Part shown: one piece after another, positions 28,601 to 37,900 of the stretch
How the letters are laid out: each line of letters begins with the position of its first letter
Position numbering within the stretch: the stretch's first letter is position 1
The notes under the pieces: model-generated
What the model was told of the DNA's origin: nothing
The model's input: the letters and a program-made list of their open reading frames with translations, nothing else
The model's database searches: none
IMG/VR virus record: IMGVR_UViG_3300020167_000001
Location: 21,021-85,020 of that record
Length of the DNA: 64,000 nucleotides
Source of the DNA: a virus
Reading direction: 5' to 3' (one strand)
Made by a program: the position numbers and the translations under genes

Positions 28601-28982
28601 AAATTTAGGAGCACCTACTACTTTATTATATGATAATTGTTTTGCTTCATATATTATATTGAATATGACTGGTGTAATTAATATTTGTGATGCAGGTTCT
28701 GCACCTCAAATTGGTTCTGGTACAGTAGTACTTAATGGTCCTTGTACAACAGCTTGTACATCTACACCAACAGAAACTTGTCAATGTTATAGAATTTCAA
28801 TTAATACAGCAACTCCGTGTACTTTTGAATATATTGATTGTAACGGTGTTCCAGCTACAAAAGTTATCACAAGTACTGGTACAATATGTGCTAAAAATTA
28901 TCCTAACTTAACAACTTTTGCAGGAGGTGTTGTAACTATAACTTATTCAACTGATAATTGTGGTTTAGGTCAATGTATATAA
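25641..28982 (+). CDS. Cys-rich modular virion protein with PA14-like domain and C-terminal repeats
   Basis: About 80 Cys by hand count; AVDDFARIFIDG..LNAGLH PA14-like motif; six CxCY-type repeats. Confidence 0.75.
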   Translation: MACITLTSCTLNDTTVLITDSVVSAPLMAYIGQNVNVIGYPGICFYVELNETGCLDCEKAASILLAPGNPICINTIPYRAYILTPCDPQLPSLFTTQVLYPYDGLTITFFGQGGACYTVNGSLTVPTDINSVIVQCPEPCACTPVVCGCPDGYVLNQAGLCEGTVSVPPINNGTQYTVAQALWFEGTFGTLAAEFYEDITNKPWPILSTAPGNVSAYTDNTLVPLLITNTLSNQIWGGLMSSLNFRMRIAGVWTNSFTWDPIDEWIGFSYCVTLTETKTYYIAYAVDDFARIFIDGVLMLNQDTSGWAFKKLQIFPITLNAGLHIITGEVKNAGVSAIFAFEIYDATLAQLLAVALPGDIDPYIVFSSGDQIGLNWQTGETSGYSCPDGYALNTCDGLSCTQIVTIPQVPCEAWQITFCEGTGLDPIITSTDLSGYIGSVYEITYTPLINPIAITACGSVAQAPSQLAPAFTGTFSEISYDCCESCMAICYLLEDCQNAVPDMILCTDLSEYVGKIIKIKGCGDICWTVSEANSCVNSIKFEGEVTEFDTCLECLPPTPVPVPLELNLRKVKPGYNSPNSCVTLEYLQRVNCNFALQVYNEMLIKRYGITVCCDQDVDTWDIQKSELDYMLMGDPSMCKSTLCDCKAPCLIDAIFTLVPTCVEPILISATLDDLCFPPVFTDGVVTVETQSLPCNCYILTGTDYTLGWIDCCCEYQTATFTSNATVCAHYPPVILSGVVAILAAEECGSDLCVAPLPVCYCWNIIPGPGGDQIRYTSCNDIDVIIRVSSSDNISVCSETTPTVINGSTVTNTGFCTTNCGLTPSCVCYQVIITSNDLNPATVDMVTTSCNNPLVPITTTIVSGTPTLLCSGKVPTFTSASANAVINILVKNTIACVDCHIPIPCVCYQVLMPALGGTISYIPCGSTSGYLNVTLGAGWSYHCSESGAPFSISGGAPLNVTAISNDCGLGECVLTPVCNTQTSCYTITNLGAPTTLLYDNCFASYIILNMTGVINICDAGSAPQIGSGTVVLNGPCTTACTSTPTETCQCYRISINTATPCTFEYIDCNGVPATKVITSTGTICAKNYPNLTTFAGGVVTITYSTDNCGLGQCI

Positions 28983-28984
28983 AC

Positions 28985-29016
28985 TTTGGAAATATAATAG
29001 AAAATCCGTATATTAA
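28985..29016 (+). promoter_or_regulatory. Promoter
   Basis: TTTG-N20-TATATTAA in the intergenic gap. Confidence 0.6.
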
Positions 29017-29034
29017 TAATAAATTTACAACATA

Positions 29035-30528
29035 ATGAAACCATTAAATATAGATAAATCAGGATGTTCTAATACATCATCAAATTGTGTAGTTTGGCAA
29101 GGACCTGATATTCCTTGTATTGCTCTATGTAAAGGAGATTCTATTACAGAAGTGGTGTATAAATTAGCAACTGAATTATGCACAATCATGGATACTTTTG
29201 ACATGAATGAGTATGATTTAAAATGCTTTGCCGGTGGTGCTTGTAAGCCAGAGACATTTAAAGAATTTATTCAACTTGTTATTAACAAGATTTGCTATGT
29301 TCAAGAATGTTCAGGTTGTTTAAATAGTTGTGACCCATGTAATACTACGGTGACTCCAACTGTTCCTGTAGTACCGCCTCCATCTGGAGGAGATCCTATT
29401 GTTCCAATAGCACCAGCATTTAGATATGTTAACCAATTTGGTGATATAGTAACTACTATGACTACTAGTGAATATGCTGTAACTATTGGTAACCGTGTTT
29501 CAAATATTGTAACTACTATTAGTACTATAAATGCCACATTAGTAAATCATAATACTAGAATTACTAATTTAGAAAATGCTCCAGCACCTGTCTATCCTAC
29601 TCCTGTAATGACTCCGGTTTGTGTAACAGCCTCTATACCTACAGATTCATTTACAGTATTAACAGCATTAGAACAACAATTTTGTGAGTTAAGAATTGCA
29701 ACAGGTACTCCTAATAATATTTTTACAAATATTGGCAATCAACCTGCAAATTTAGGAGCTACTCCAACTTTAAATAATCCATTAGCTCTTATTAGTTCAT
29801 TACCTGGTTTTAACAATACAGTAGCTAATGAAGCTGATTCTATTGGTAATCTTTGGGTTGTAGTTTCAGATATGAGATTAGCCATTAAAAATATTATTGA
29901 TAATTATTTACCAAGTGATTGTGCAGCTATAGGAATGACCATATTTGCAAGTTATGCTCCTACAACATTAACAATTTTTATTAATGGTACCATACCTGGT
30001 ACATTCTCAAATACATTTCCTGCAGGAACTATATTTACTATAACTGATGATTTTGGTGCTAGTATGAGAGTTACTATTGATATACCAAGTATGATTAATA
30101 CAATGGGAGGGTTTCCTGTTAATATATCAGGTAGTGGTTTAAATACAACTTCTAATTTAACAATTAATGCTAGTCCTAGCTTTACAAGTACTACTACTGG
30201 ATCACAGTGTCAATCAACATTACAATTTGTAGTTGTTAATCAAGCTAATTGTGCAGTAGTTACTTATGGTACAACTACAACAGCTCAGATTGATTACACG
30301 TATACTACAGCAGCTATTACAGCAACATATAGTATTGAGCTTTGGGATGCTTTAACAAATACATTCTTAGGAGGATATAGTGTTGCTAATACTATAGTTC
30401 AAGTAGTATCAGGTTCATTCTTAGCAGCTTTCCCTGTATTACCATTAACTCAATACAAATTAAGATTAGTAGTAACAGTAAATTCAGTAGATACTTATTG
30501 TGACTTTACTTTAGTAACAACCACATAA
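29035..30528 (+). CDS. Cys-rich fibre-like structural protein
   Basis: N-terminal SNCVVWQGPDIPC domain, short coiled coil, FN3-like end. Confidence 0.65.
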   Translation: MKPLNIDKSGCSNTSSNCVVWQGPDIPCIALCKGDSITEVVYKLATELCTIMDTFDMNEYDLKCFAGGACKPETFKEFIQLVINKICYVQECSGCLNSCDPCNTTVTPTVPVVPPPSGGDPIVPIAPAFRYVNQFGDIVTTMTTSEYAVTIGNRVSNIVTTISTINATLVNHNTRITNLENAPAPVYPTPVMTPVCVTASIPTDSFTVLTALEQQFCELRIATGTPNNIFTNIGNQPANLGATPTLNNPLALISSLPGFNNTVANEADSIGNLWVVVSDMRLAIKNIIDNYLPSDCAAIGMTIFASYAPTTLTIFINGTIPGTFSNTFPAGTIFTITDDFGASMRVTIDIPSMINTMGGFPVNISGSGLNTTSNLTINASPSFTSTTTGSQCQSTLQFVVVNQANCAVVTYGTTTTAQIDYTYTTAAITATYSIELWDALTNTFLGGYSVANTIVQVVSGSFLAAFPVLPLTQYKLRLVVTVNSVDTYCDFTLVTTT

Positions 30529-30539
30529 AATAATACAAC

Positions 30540-31757
30540 ATGAATAATTGTCCAAATTGTAAAAAAGAATGTAATAATGGTGAATGTGGTTGCATTCCTA
30601 AAGGGTTGACTACACCACCATCTTGTCCTGGAGATTTACCAAGCTGTCCAGAGCCGAGTCCTTGTAATGAAACATTTGATGCTAAATGTGTATATTATAC
30701 AGGTACAGGAAATGACTGTTTAAGTATAGAAACTGGTCAGACTGTTGAAGCGGTTATTAATAACTTAGCTTCTCAGTTGGCTCCTTTTATTTGCTTGGAG
30801 TGTGCAAGTTTGATTATTCCTGCAAACAATGCTACAGCTGTATCTAATACACAAGCTCTTAATTGGAACATGATACCTGGAGCTTCTTCTTATGATGTAT
30901 ATTTAGGTACAGATTCTTTAAATTTAACTTTGGTATCAGTAGGTCAAATATTAACTTCTTATACTCCAGCCTATCCTTTATTACCGGATACAACTTATTT
31001 TTGGAAAATCATACCTTATAATTTAGCTGGAGTACCAGTGGCAACTTGTCCTGTCTTTACTTTTAATACAGTAGCTGCTCCATGCTTAAATCCTTTATCT
31101 GATTTATTTACAAAAATATTAGGATATATACCATCACAAGGTATTAGAACTATTGATGTTGTAATAAATGGTATTGAAAATTATTTAGATGCTGGAGAAT
31201 TATTAACTAACTGTAATCTATGTTGCCCTGATTGTGAAGCTACTCATAGATATGTTTTAGCATCAGCTCCTTTATATTCTGTATATTATGAGGCTGTTTA
31301 CTCAACTACATGTTTACCTCCTTGTTGTATTGAAGTTGATGCTTCATTAACAGCTATGAACACAATTAAAGAAGGTCAGGGTAATGTAGCTTTAAGTACA
31401 GCTTTTGCAACGGTTCCTCCTAATACTAATTGTTGTGGTACTAATTTTAGTGAATGTGCTGCTAGAATAAAAACTTTATTACCTAATAAATGGGGAGGAA
31501 TATTTGTTGGATTAGGTGTAGTTGAAGAATCTAGTTTTAATGGTACTACTGAATTATGTATTATAGCTGATTTTATTGAAACTTTATTACCCTTATTTAC
31601 AGAAACAGATGTGGCAGACGTTATCAAAGCTCTTTTAAATAAAGGTTTTGTTGTAGATTGCCGTCCTGAAGGAACTATCATTGCTAGTGTAGCAACTTAT
31701 CTTACTTATTTAAACAATGTAAGTGTTGGTGGATGCTTATGTTACAAACCTTGTTAA
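30540..31757 (+). CDS. Cys-rich structural protein with FN3-like domain
   Basis: CVYYTG N-domain paralogous to 29035; LNWN..GASSYDVYLG..LPDTTYFWKI. Confidence 0.7.
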   Translation: MNNCPNCKKECNNGECGCIPKGLTTPPSCPGDLPSCPEPSPCNETFDAKCVYYTGTGNDCLSIETGQTVEAVINNLASQLAPFICLECASLIIPANNATAVSNTQALNWNMIPGASSYDVYLGTDSLNLTLVSVGQILTSYTPAYPLLPDTTYFWKIIPYNLAGVPVATCPVFTFNTVAAPCLNPLSDLFTKILGYIPSQGIRTIDVVINGIENYLDAGELLTNCNLCCPDCEATHRYVLASAPLYSVYYEAVYSTTCLPPCCIEVDASLTAMNTIKEGQGNVALSTAFATVPPNTNCCGTNFSECAARIKTLLPNKWGGIFVGLGVVEESSFNGTTELCIIADFIETLLPLFTETDVADVIKALLNKGFVVDCRPEGTIIASVATYLTYLNNVSVGGCLCYKPC

Positions 31758-31776
31758 TTAATTAAAAAATAAAAAT

Positions 31777-32451
31777 ATGACACCAGCTATTATAACTGTA
31801 AATTTTATATCAAATTATGCCGGCCCACATAGAATCTGTTGGAGAATTCAAGGTTCTGGCAATCCTTATGTATGCACTAATATTGTTGATTGTTTAGGAG
31901 GTGGTAATACTTGCCAGGCTTTAATTAACACAATGGTTGATCCTGAGTTATGTGATCCTATAATTTTTGAAGGATATATCCAAGCTACTTGTAATGCCGA
32001 AGGTTCTCCTACAGGCCAAGTACCATTTACAGTAACTTATACACCAGATCCGAGTTGTAAAGCTTATCAATTATCAAATAACACAGGTGATGCGTATGAT
32101 TTTAATATATCTGAATTAGGTTTAAATTGTGATGGTACAACTAGACCTGATATCTTATTAGCTGATGGAGGTATTATTTACTTATGTGGTATTGCTGGTA
32201 TGCCTCAACGTATTATTGATTTATTCAATGTAATTCCATATCCTAATATATGTTGTGGAGTATGTAAGAATTATACCGTAAATTCAGCAACCGGTACTGA
32301 TGCTACAATTTATTATATTGATTGTACTACAAGACAGTTTATGACAGCAGAAGGACCTAAAACAGGAGACCCTGGTTTAGTAATTTGTGCAGTAGAAGGA
32401 AGTATAACTGGAGATCAACCATTAACTATTATAGTCAATGGTGATTGTTAA
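31777..32451 (+). CDS. Cys-rich structural protein
   Basis: Ends in one copy of the C..Y..YIDC..IC repeat seen in 25641. Confidence 0.65.
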   Translation: MTPAIITVNFISNYAGPHRICWRIQGSGNPYVCTNIVDCLGGGNTCQALINTMVDPELCDPIIFEGYIQATCNAEGSPTGQVPFTVTYTPDPSCKAYQLSNNTGDAYDFNISELGLNCDGTTRPDILLADGGIIYLCGIAGMPQRIIDLFNVIPYPNICCGVCKNYTVNSATGTDATIYYIDCTTRQFMTAEGPKTGDPGLVICAVEGSITGDQPLTIIVNGDC

Positions 32452-32462
32452 ATATTGAAAGT

Positions 32463-32527
32463 CAGGGTTTGTTGGTTTAAACCTGGTCTAACAGGCACTC
32501 CTCGGTTAAATTATACCGGGGAGTTTT
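32463..32527 (+). ncRNA. Candidate small structured RNA (hairpin with GUUGGUUU loop plus terminator)
   Basis: CAGG(G)TTT-GTTGGTTT-AAACCTG hairpin; the loop is complementary to the AAACCAAC start-proximal motifs. Confidence 0.35.
32497..32527 (+). terminator. Rho-independent terminator
   Basis: ACTCCTCGGT/ACCGGGGAGT stem plus T tract. Confidence 0.75.
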
Positions 32528-32600
32528 GCTTTATAAACACTTGTAATTTACACAATAAAAGTTTATTTTTAAAACTTGAAAATATTATGTATATTTAGTT

Positions 32601-33191
32601 ATGAAAGACTTTAAAAAACCAGACTTAAATGCCCCTAGATGTCGCGAAAGTATACATCAAATCTTAAGTAATGATTTTGTTAAAAAGTTCATTGAAAAAT
32701 ATCCTCAGTATGCTCATCTTAGTTTAAAAGATGTAAGATTAATATTGAATACTTTTCATGGTAAATTATGGGATCATGTGGTTCATAATAGAGAAGGTAT
32801 AGAATTGCCTGAAGGACTGGGTTATATATTTTTAGGAACTTGCTTTAGTGCTAAAAAATATAATACTGATTTTGGAAACTCTATTAAATCAGAGAATTTA
32901 CTGAGACATAGAAATTTTGAATCTGATAATTTTTTAGCTAAGATTTTTTATACCAATTATGCTAACAAATACAAGTTTCGAAACAGAGAACTTTGGATAT
33001 TTAAAGCTCATAGGGATTTTAAAAGAGCTGTGCCTCCATCATATAGAGAAAATTGGAAGATATTTTTACAAGTAGAGAATGGTAAACACATTACAAAATA
33101 TTTAAAAACTATATTTAAAAGTGACTGGATTAGAAAAGTTCAGAGTAACTTTGTAATTGATCCTTTATATAATGAATTTGATTTAACATAA
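32601..33191 (+). CDS. IHF/HU-like protein (crAss-type)
   Basis: ILNTFH..WDHVV..GIELPEGLGYIFL; upstream of the ring/muzzle genes as in crAss-like phages. Confidence 0.7.
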   Translation: MKDFKKPDLNAPRCRESIHQILSNDFVKKFIEKYPQYAHLSLKDVRLILNTFHGKLWDHVVHNREGIELPEGLGYIFLGTCFSAKKYNTDFGNSIKSENLLRHRNFESDNFLAKIFYTNYANKYKFRNRELWIFKAHRDFKRAVPPSYRENWKIFLQVENGKHITKYLKTIFKSDWIRKVQSNFVIDPLYNEFDLT

Positions 33192-33196
33192 ACAAA

Positions 33197-33868
33197 ATGA
33201 CTACAATAGGTGATAGCGTATCAAGATTAAGAAACTTAGTTAAAGGTGTCAAAGAAGATGCTTTCTTAACTGATCGATTTTTGTATTCTCTTGTATTAAA
33301 ATATGCAAAGACTCTAATCCGTAGACAGGATAATGAGAACAAGATTATGAGATTTCAAAGTTTATTTGAACCATTACCTTGTGTTGAATTAATTGAAGTT
33401 GATAAGATTGAGGCATGCTGTGCTGGAATAAAATCCAATTGCACAATCATGAGAACTAAAGATAAATTACCTACAGTATTAGAAGGAGCTTATGGTCCAT
33501 TATTCAGAACAGTAAGTTCAATCGATGGTTCTATTCAATGTTTTAAAACTTATCCGAGTACTTATACTAGTATGGCTAATACTAAAACATTCAAGTATAA
33601 TACTAATAAATATTACTGGTATTTAGATGGCTATTTATATTTTCCAAATATTGTATGGGAATCAGTAAGAGTAGAAGGCTTATGGAATGAAAGTGTAGCC
33701 ATGTATAAATGTGACGGAGATGTATGTAAAAAAAGACAAGATGATGATACACATATTCCAGAATACTTATTTGCAGAAATTGAACAAATGGTACTTAAAG
33801 ATTTAACTGTGTTAATCCAAATACCAATACAAAGTGTAGACGATAATCAGTCACCCCTTAGAACTTAA
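33197..33868 (+). CDS. Tail ring protein
   Basis: LTDRFLY, LPCVELIEVD, RTKDKLP and YYWYLDGYLY motifs; synteny. Confidence 0.7.
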   Translation: MTTIGDSVSRLRNLVKGVKEDAFLTDRFLYSLVLKYAKTLIRRQDNENKIMRFQSLFEPLPCVELIEVDKIEACCAGIKSNCTIMRTKDKLPTVLEGAYGPLFRTVSSIDGSIQCFKTYPSTYTSMANTKTFKYNTNKYYWYLDGYLYFPNIVWESVRVEGLWNESVAMYKCDGDVCKKRQDDDTHIPEYLFAEIEQMVLKDLTVLIQIPIQSVDDNQSPLRT

Positions 33869-33896
33869 TTAACAGTTACTATAAAAATATTTAACA

Positions 33897-34922
33897 ATGT
33901 ATAATTACACCGTAAAATACAGAACTTTTGATGAGATGCTTAATGATGTACAAGTAGATTTTCAAAATCTATCATTACAAAATATGATAGAGCCTCAACA
34001 ATTATTAAAAGTTGCCAAACGTGTAACTTATGATTTAGGCTTAAGAGTTATGATGACTAAAGAAGCTATTCTTGATGTATGCAATGATCATGTAAAATTA
34101 CCTGATGATTTTTATACTTTAAATTATGCATTAGTTTGTGATGATGTTACTATTCATGAAGCTGTAAGTCAAGGAACGCATATCACAGAACAATCTGTTA
34201 TACCTCAGTATCATCAAACACCGGCTGTTATTAGTTCTTGTACTGATGGTACAGTGAATTGCCAATCTTGTGGTGTACCTTGTAATACTTGTGCTTGCCA
34301 GGTTAATCCTGCAGTTTGTCCTGTATTACCTGAAGGACAAAGTTATTGTGTGAAACCAAAGATTCAAATGAATTGTAAAGGTGAATCTTATGAGTTAGTT
34401 CAGATTGTAAATACTCAATCTAGAACATATAAAAGATTATGGCCTTTACAAATGTTGACTAATGATCAAAGTATTGAGTGTGGTTGTCCGAATCTTTATG
34501 TAAAATCACCTACTCAAGGTTGGATTAAAGATAATTTTTTATTTACTAATCTTGGAGAAGGTAAAGTTTATATTAGTTATCAAGGAGCTATGGAAGATGA
34601 CCAAGGTAATTTATTAGTTGTTGATCATCCTGAAATTAATGAATATTATGAGTATGCTGTTAAACAGAGAATACTTGAAAATTTATTAATGAATGATGAG
34701 AATGTAACAGCTAAACTAAACCTGGTAGAACAACGCTTAAGACAAGCTCGTAATATTTCAAAGTCTATTGTAAATACTCCTAATTTTTCTGAAATGAAAG
34801 CTTTATGGGAAGCTAATAGAAAAGCTCAATATGCTAAATATTATGACCAATTTAAAAGTTATAGTCAATATAGTGATTTCGGTAGAGTGAATGGTTTCCA
34901 ACAATCTAGTAACAGATTTTAA
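33897..34922 (+). CDS. Tail tubular/ring protein
   Basis: KLPDDF, GKVYISYQG and LLVVDHP; directly upstream of the muzzle gene. Confidence 0.7.
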   Translation: MYNYTVKYRTFDEMLNDVQVDFQNLSLQNMIEPQQLLKVAKRVTYDLGLRVMMTKEAILDVCNDHVKLPDDFYTLNYALVCDDVTIHEAVSQGTHITEQSVIPQYHQTPAVISSCTDGTVNCQSCGVPCNTCACQVNPAVCPVLPEGQSYCVKPKIQMNCKGESYELVQIVNTQSRTYKRLWPLQMLTNDQSIECGCPNLYVKSPTQGWIKDNFLFTNLGEGKVYISYQGAMEDDQGNLLVVDHPEINEYYEYAVKQRILENLLMNDENVTAKLNLVEQRLRQARNISKSIVNTPNFSEMKALWEANRKAQYAKYYDQFKSYSQYSDFGRVNGFQQSSNRF

Positions 34923-34924
34923 TT

Positions 34925-37900
34925 ATGGCTGATGAACAACAAAATAATAGTGGTGGTCAAGTAAGAACCTTTGACAAATCTTTAAATGAAGATGTCAATG
35001 ATTTTCACTTGCCTTCAAATGAATGGACTCAAGCCCGTAATGCTATTAATAATTCAATAACAGGGGATTTAGGAAAGTTGGGTAATGAACCAGCCAATAA
35101 AGAATGCATTAGGTTAACATATCCTTTTGCAACCATGACTGGTTTTATTTATGTAATTGAAGATTACTGGTTAGTATATTCTACAGATGGTGCAGGTATT
35201 TCTGAAATTGGTTTATTCCAAGAAGGTAGTTGTTCTTACTTACCTTTAGTAAATGATTCTTGTTTAGGTTTTACTTTAGAAAATCTAATCAAAGGAGTAT
35301 CTCGTTCAACAAGTGCTTGTACTTATAAAGCTTACTGGGATGATGGATTAAATCCTTCAAGAAATTTAGAATTTAATATTCCTGAAGATATGATTGCAGC
35401 GGCTGCTGCTCCTACAGACCCCATTCTAAACCCTAATTATTATACTAATCCTGAAAGTGCTATTCCTTGGATACAGACTTGTGTTGATTCAAATGGTGGA
35501 TTACCCGGAGGTTGTATTATTTGTACAAATACACCAGCATTAGACTGTGACAAAATCAGATTAGCTTTATTAATCAAGCCTATTTGTATACGCGTTGAAA
35601 GAGGATATGCTGGAGGTAACTTATTGAATGGCTCCTATATGGTAGCCATGGCCTATGCTGTAAAAGGACAAAAAATTAGTGACTTATATGTTTCTAATAT
35701 TCAACCATTATTTGATCAGAACAACAGTGCTTCAGCTTTAGATGTATTTATTGATGATATCGATCTTACATATGATGAAGTTATTGTATATACAATTTCC
35801 ACAATCAATCAACAAACTGTTGTTAGACAAGCTGGCTTATACAGTACGCGTCAAACAAGATTAAGCTTTGATACAATTTTTGATACATGGCCGGCTTTTC
35901 CTATTGAGCAAGTCCCAATCATGTCACCAATAGTTAATAAATCTGATGCTATGTATAACGTAGGAGAGTATTTATTAAGAGTAGGTCCTACATCAAAAGA
36001 AGATTTCAATTACCAACCTTTAGCCAATCAAATTACTTGTAAATGGCAATCTGTAGAATACCCTGCTGATTACTATCATAAGGGCGGTAATAATGTGGGA
36101 TATATGAGAGATGAAGTCTATCCTTATTTTATTCAATGGATATATGATACAGGAGATAAATCTGCTTCTTATCATATTCCAGGTAGACCAGCTTCAGCTG
36201 CAGATAAAGCTCCTTTGCCGCCAACTGTAGGTAATAATATTTATCCAGATGATGATGAGTATTGGAAAGTTTATAGTACTTCTTCAATGGGGCCACTAAC
36301 ACCTTTTCCAAATACTGTACAAGCTGATGGTGGAGTTCTTATTGCTGAAGGCTTAATGAGTTATTGGGAATCTTCTGAATTTTATCCAGATAAAAAACCA
36401 GACATCTGGAATTCAAGTGCACATCCTTGGTCTACAGTGGGAACACTTCCTTATTCTTATAGTCAAATTTCTGATTATGATTTGTGTGGTACACCGATAA
36501 GACATCATAAATTTCCTGAAGATGCTATTCCTGGTAGCTTTGATAAAGCTTCAATATTTGAAACTGGTGGTAATAAGATTAGAGTTATGGGTGTAGCTTT
36601 TGATAATATCAAAGCTCCTCGCGATAACAGTGGTAATGTTATACCTGGTATTGTAGGATATAGAATTTTAAGAGGTACTCGTAATGGTAACAAAACTGTT
36701 ATTGCTAAAGGTATTATCAATAATATGAGATCTTATCTTATACCAAATGCAGGTTCTTCAAAATTAGGATTATTTCCTAACTACCCGTATAATGATTTAG
36801 GAGGAGATGATTATTTATCTATTAACAGATCTCGTACATTAAATGATACAGTAGTAGGTTTTCCTTATCCTTCAGGTATAAGTGGAGCACCTAATCATTT
36901 TAGTGAAAGAGATTATACTTTTCATTCACCAGAAACTAACTTTAATAATCCTTTTCTAGCAACAAAAGAATTTAGAGTTTATGGTAATATGTGGGGAGAA
37001 ACTACAGGTAAATTTGATTTATCTGAAAAGCATCCTAAAGAAAAACTTATTAGTAACTTATCTTTTTTAATTGCCAGTATTGGTGGTGTTGGTCTTGCTG
37101 TAGTAGCGGCCAACGGAACAAGACAAAGTACATATAAAAAACCACAAACTATGGGACTTACTACAAGTTCTACGGGTTATACTATTATATTTTCACCATC
37201 TATTAGTGATCAAGTTTTAATTCCTGTAGAAAATGCAGCAATAAATGCAGCTACAGGTATTGCTACACCTCTTATTGAATCTACAGTATTACTTAATACT
37301 ACAGTTACAGGTCTTAGTACGGGTGCTCAATATCAAATATTACAAGATACTATTAATGGTATTGCTACTTCTTCAAGTTTTACAAAGACTACAGAACATG
37401 TACAATCAAATGGTTATTTAGATGATTTAGGTACAGGTATAGCAACTCTTGTTGCTGCCCCAATGTTTGTAAATGCTTTCTCTACAGGTACTGATAGTAT
37501 TATAGAGTTAATAAAAGCTTTATTAGAGTATCGCGACTTTGCTGTAAGATATCATTCTAAAGGTTACTATAGTAACTATGATACAACTGGAGGTACTAAA
37601 AGAAATTTAATAGATAATCAAAGATATCTTAATCCTGAAATTGCATTATTGGATAATGGAAAAAGTATAAACAACTTATTCCGTTCAAGAACTGTACATT
37701 TTGAAACAGCTGCTGGTACTAATCAATTTGGTGCACCAGGTATTGTTGATAATTCTAGATTTACAGGTAATGATTTAGGTATTACAGATATTGATAGTTT
37801 ATTAAAAGAAGAAATTAATAGAACATGTTCTTCACATTATGGTGCTTTAAAAGTTAGAATAAGAAATCAATATGGTCAGTTAAATAATATTGTTCAGCTG

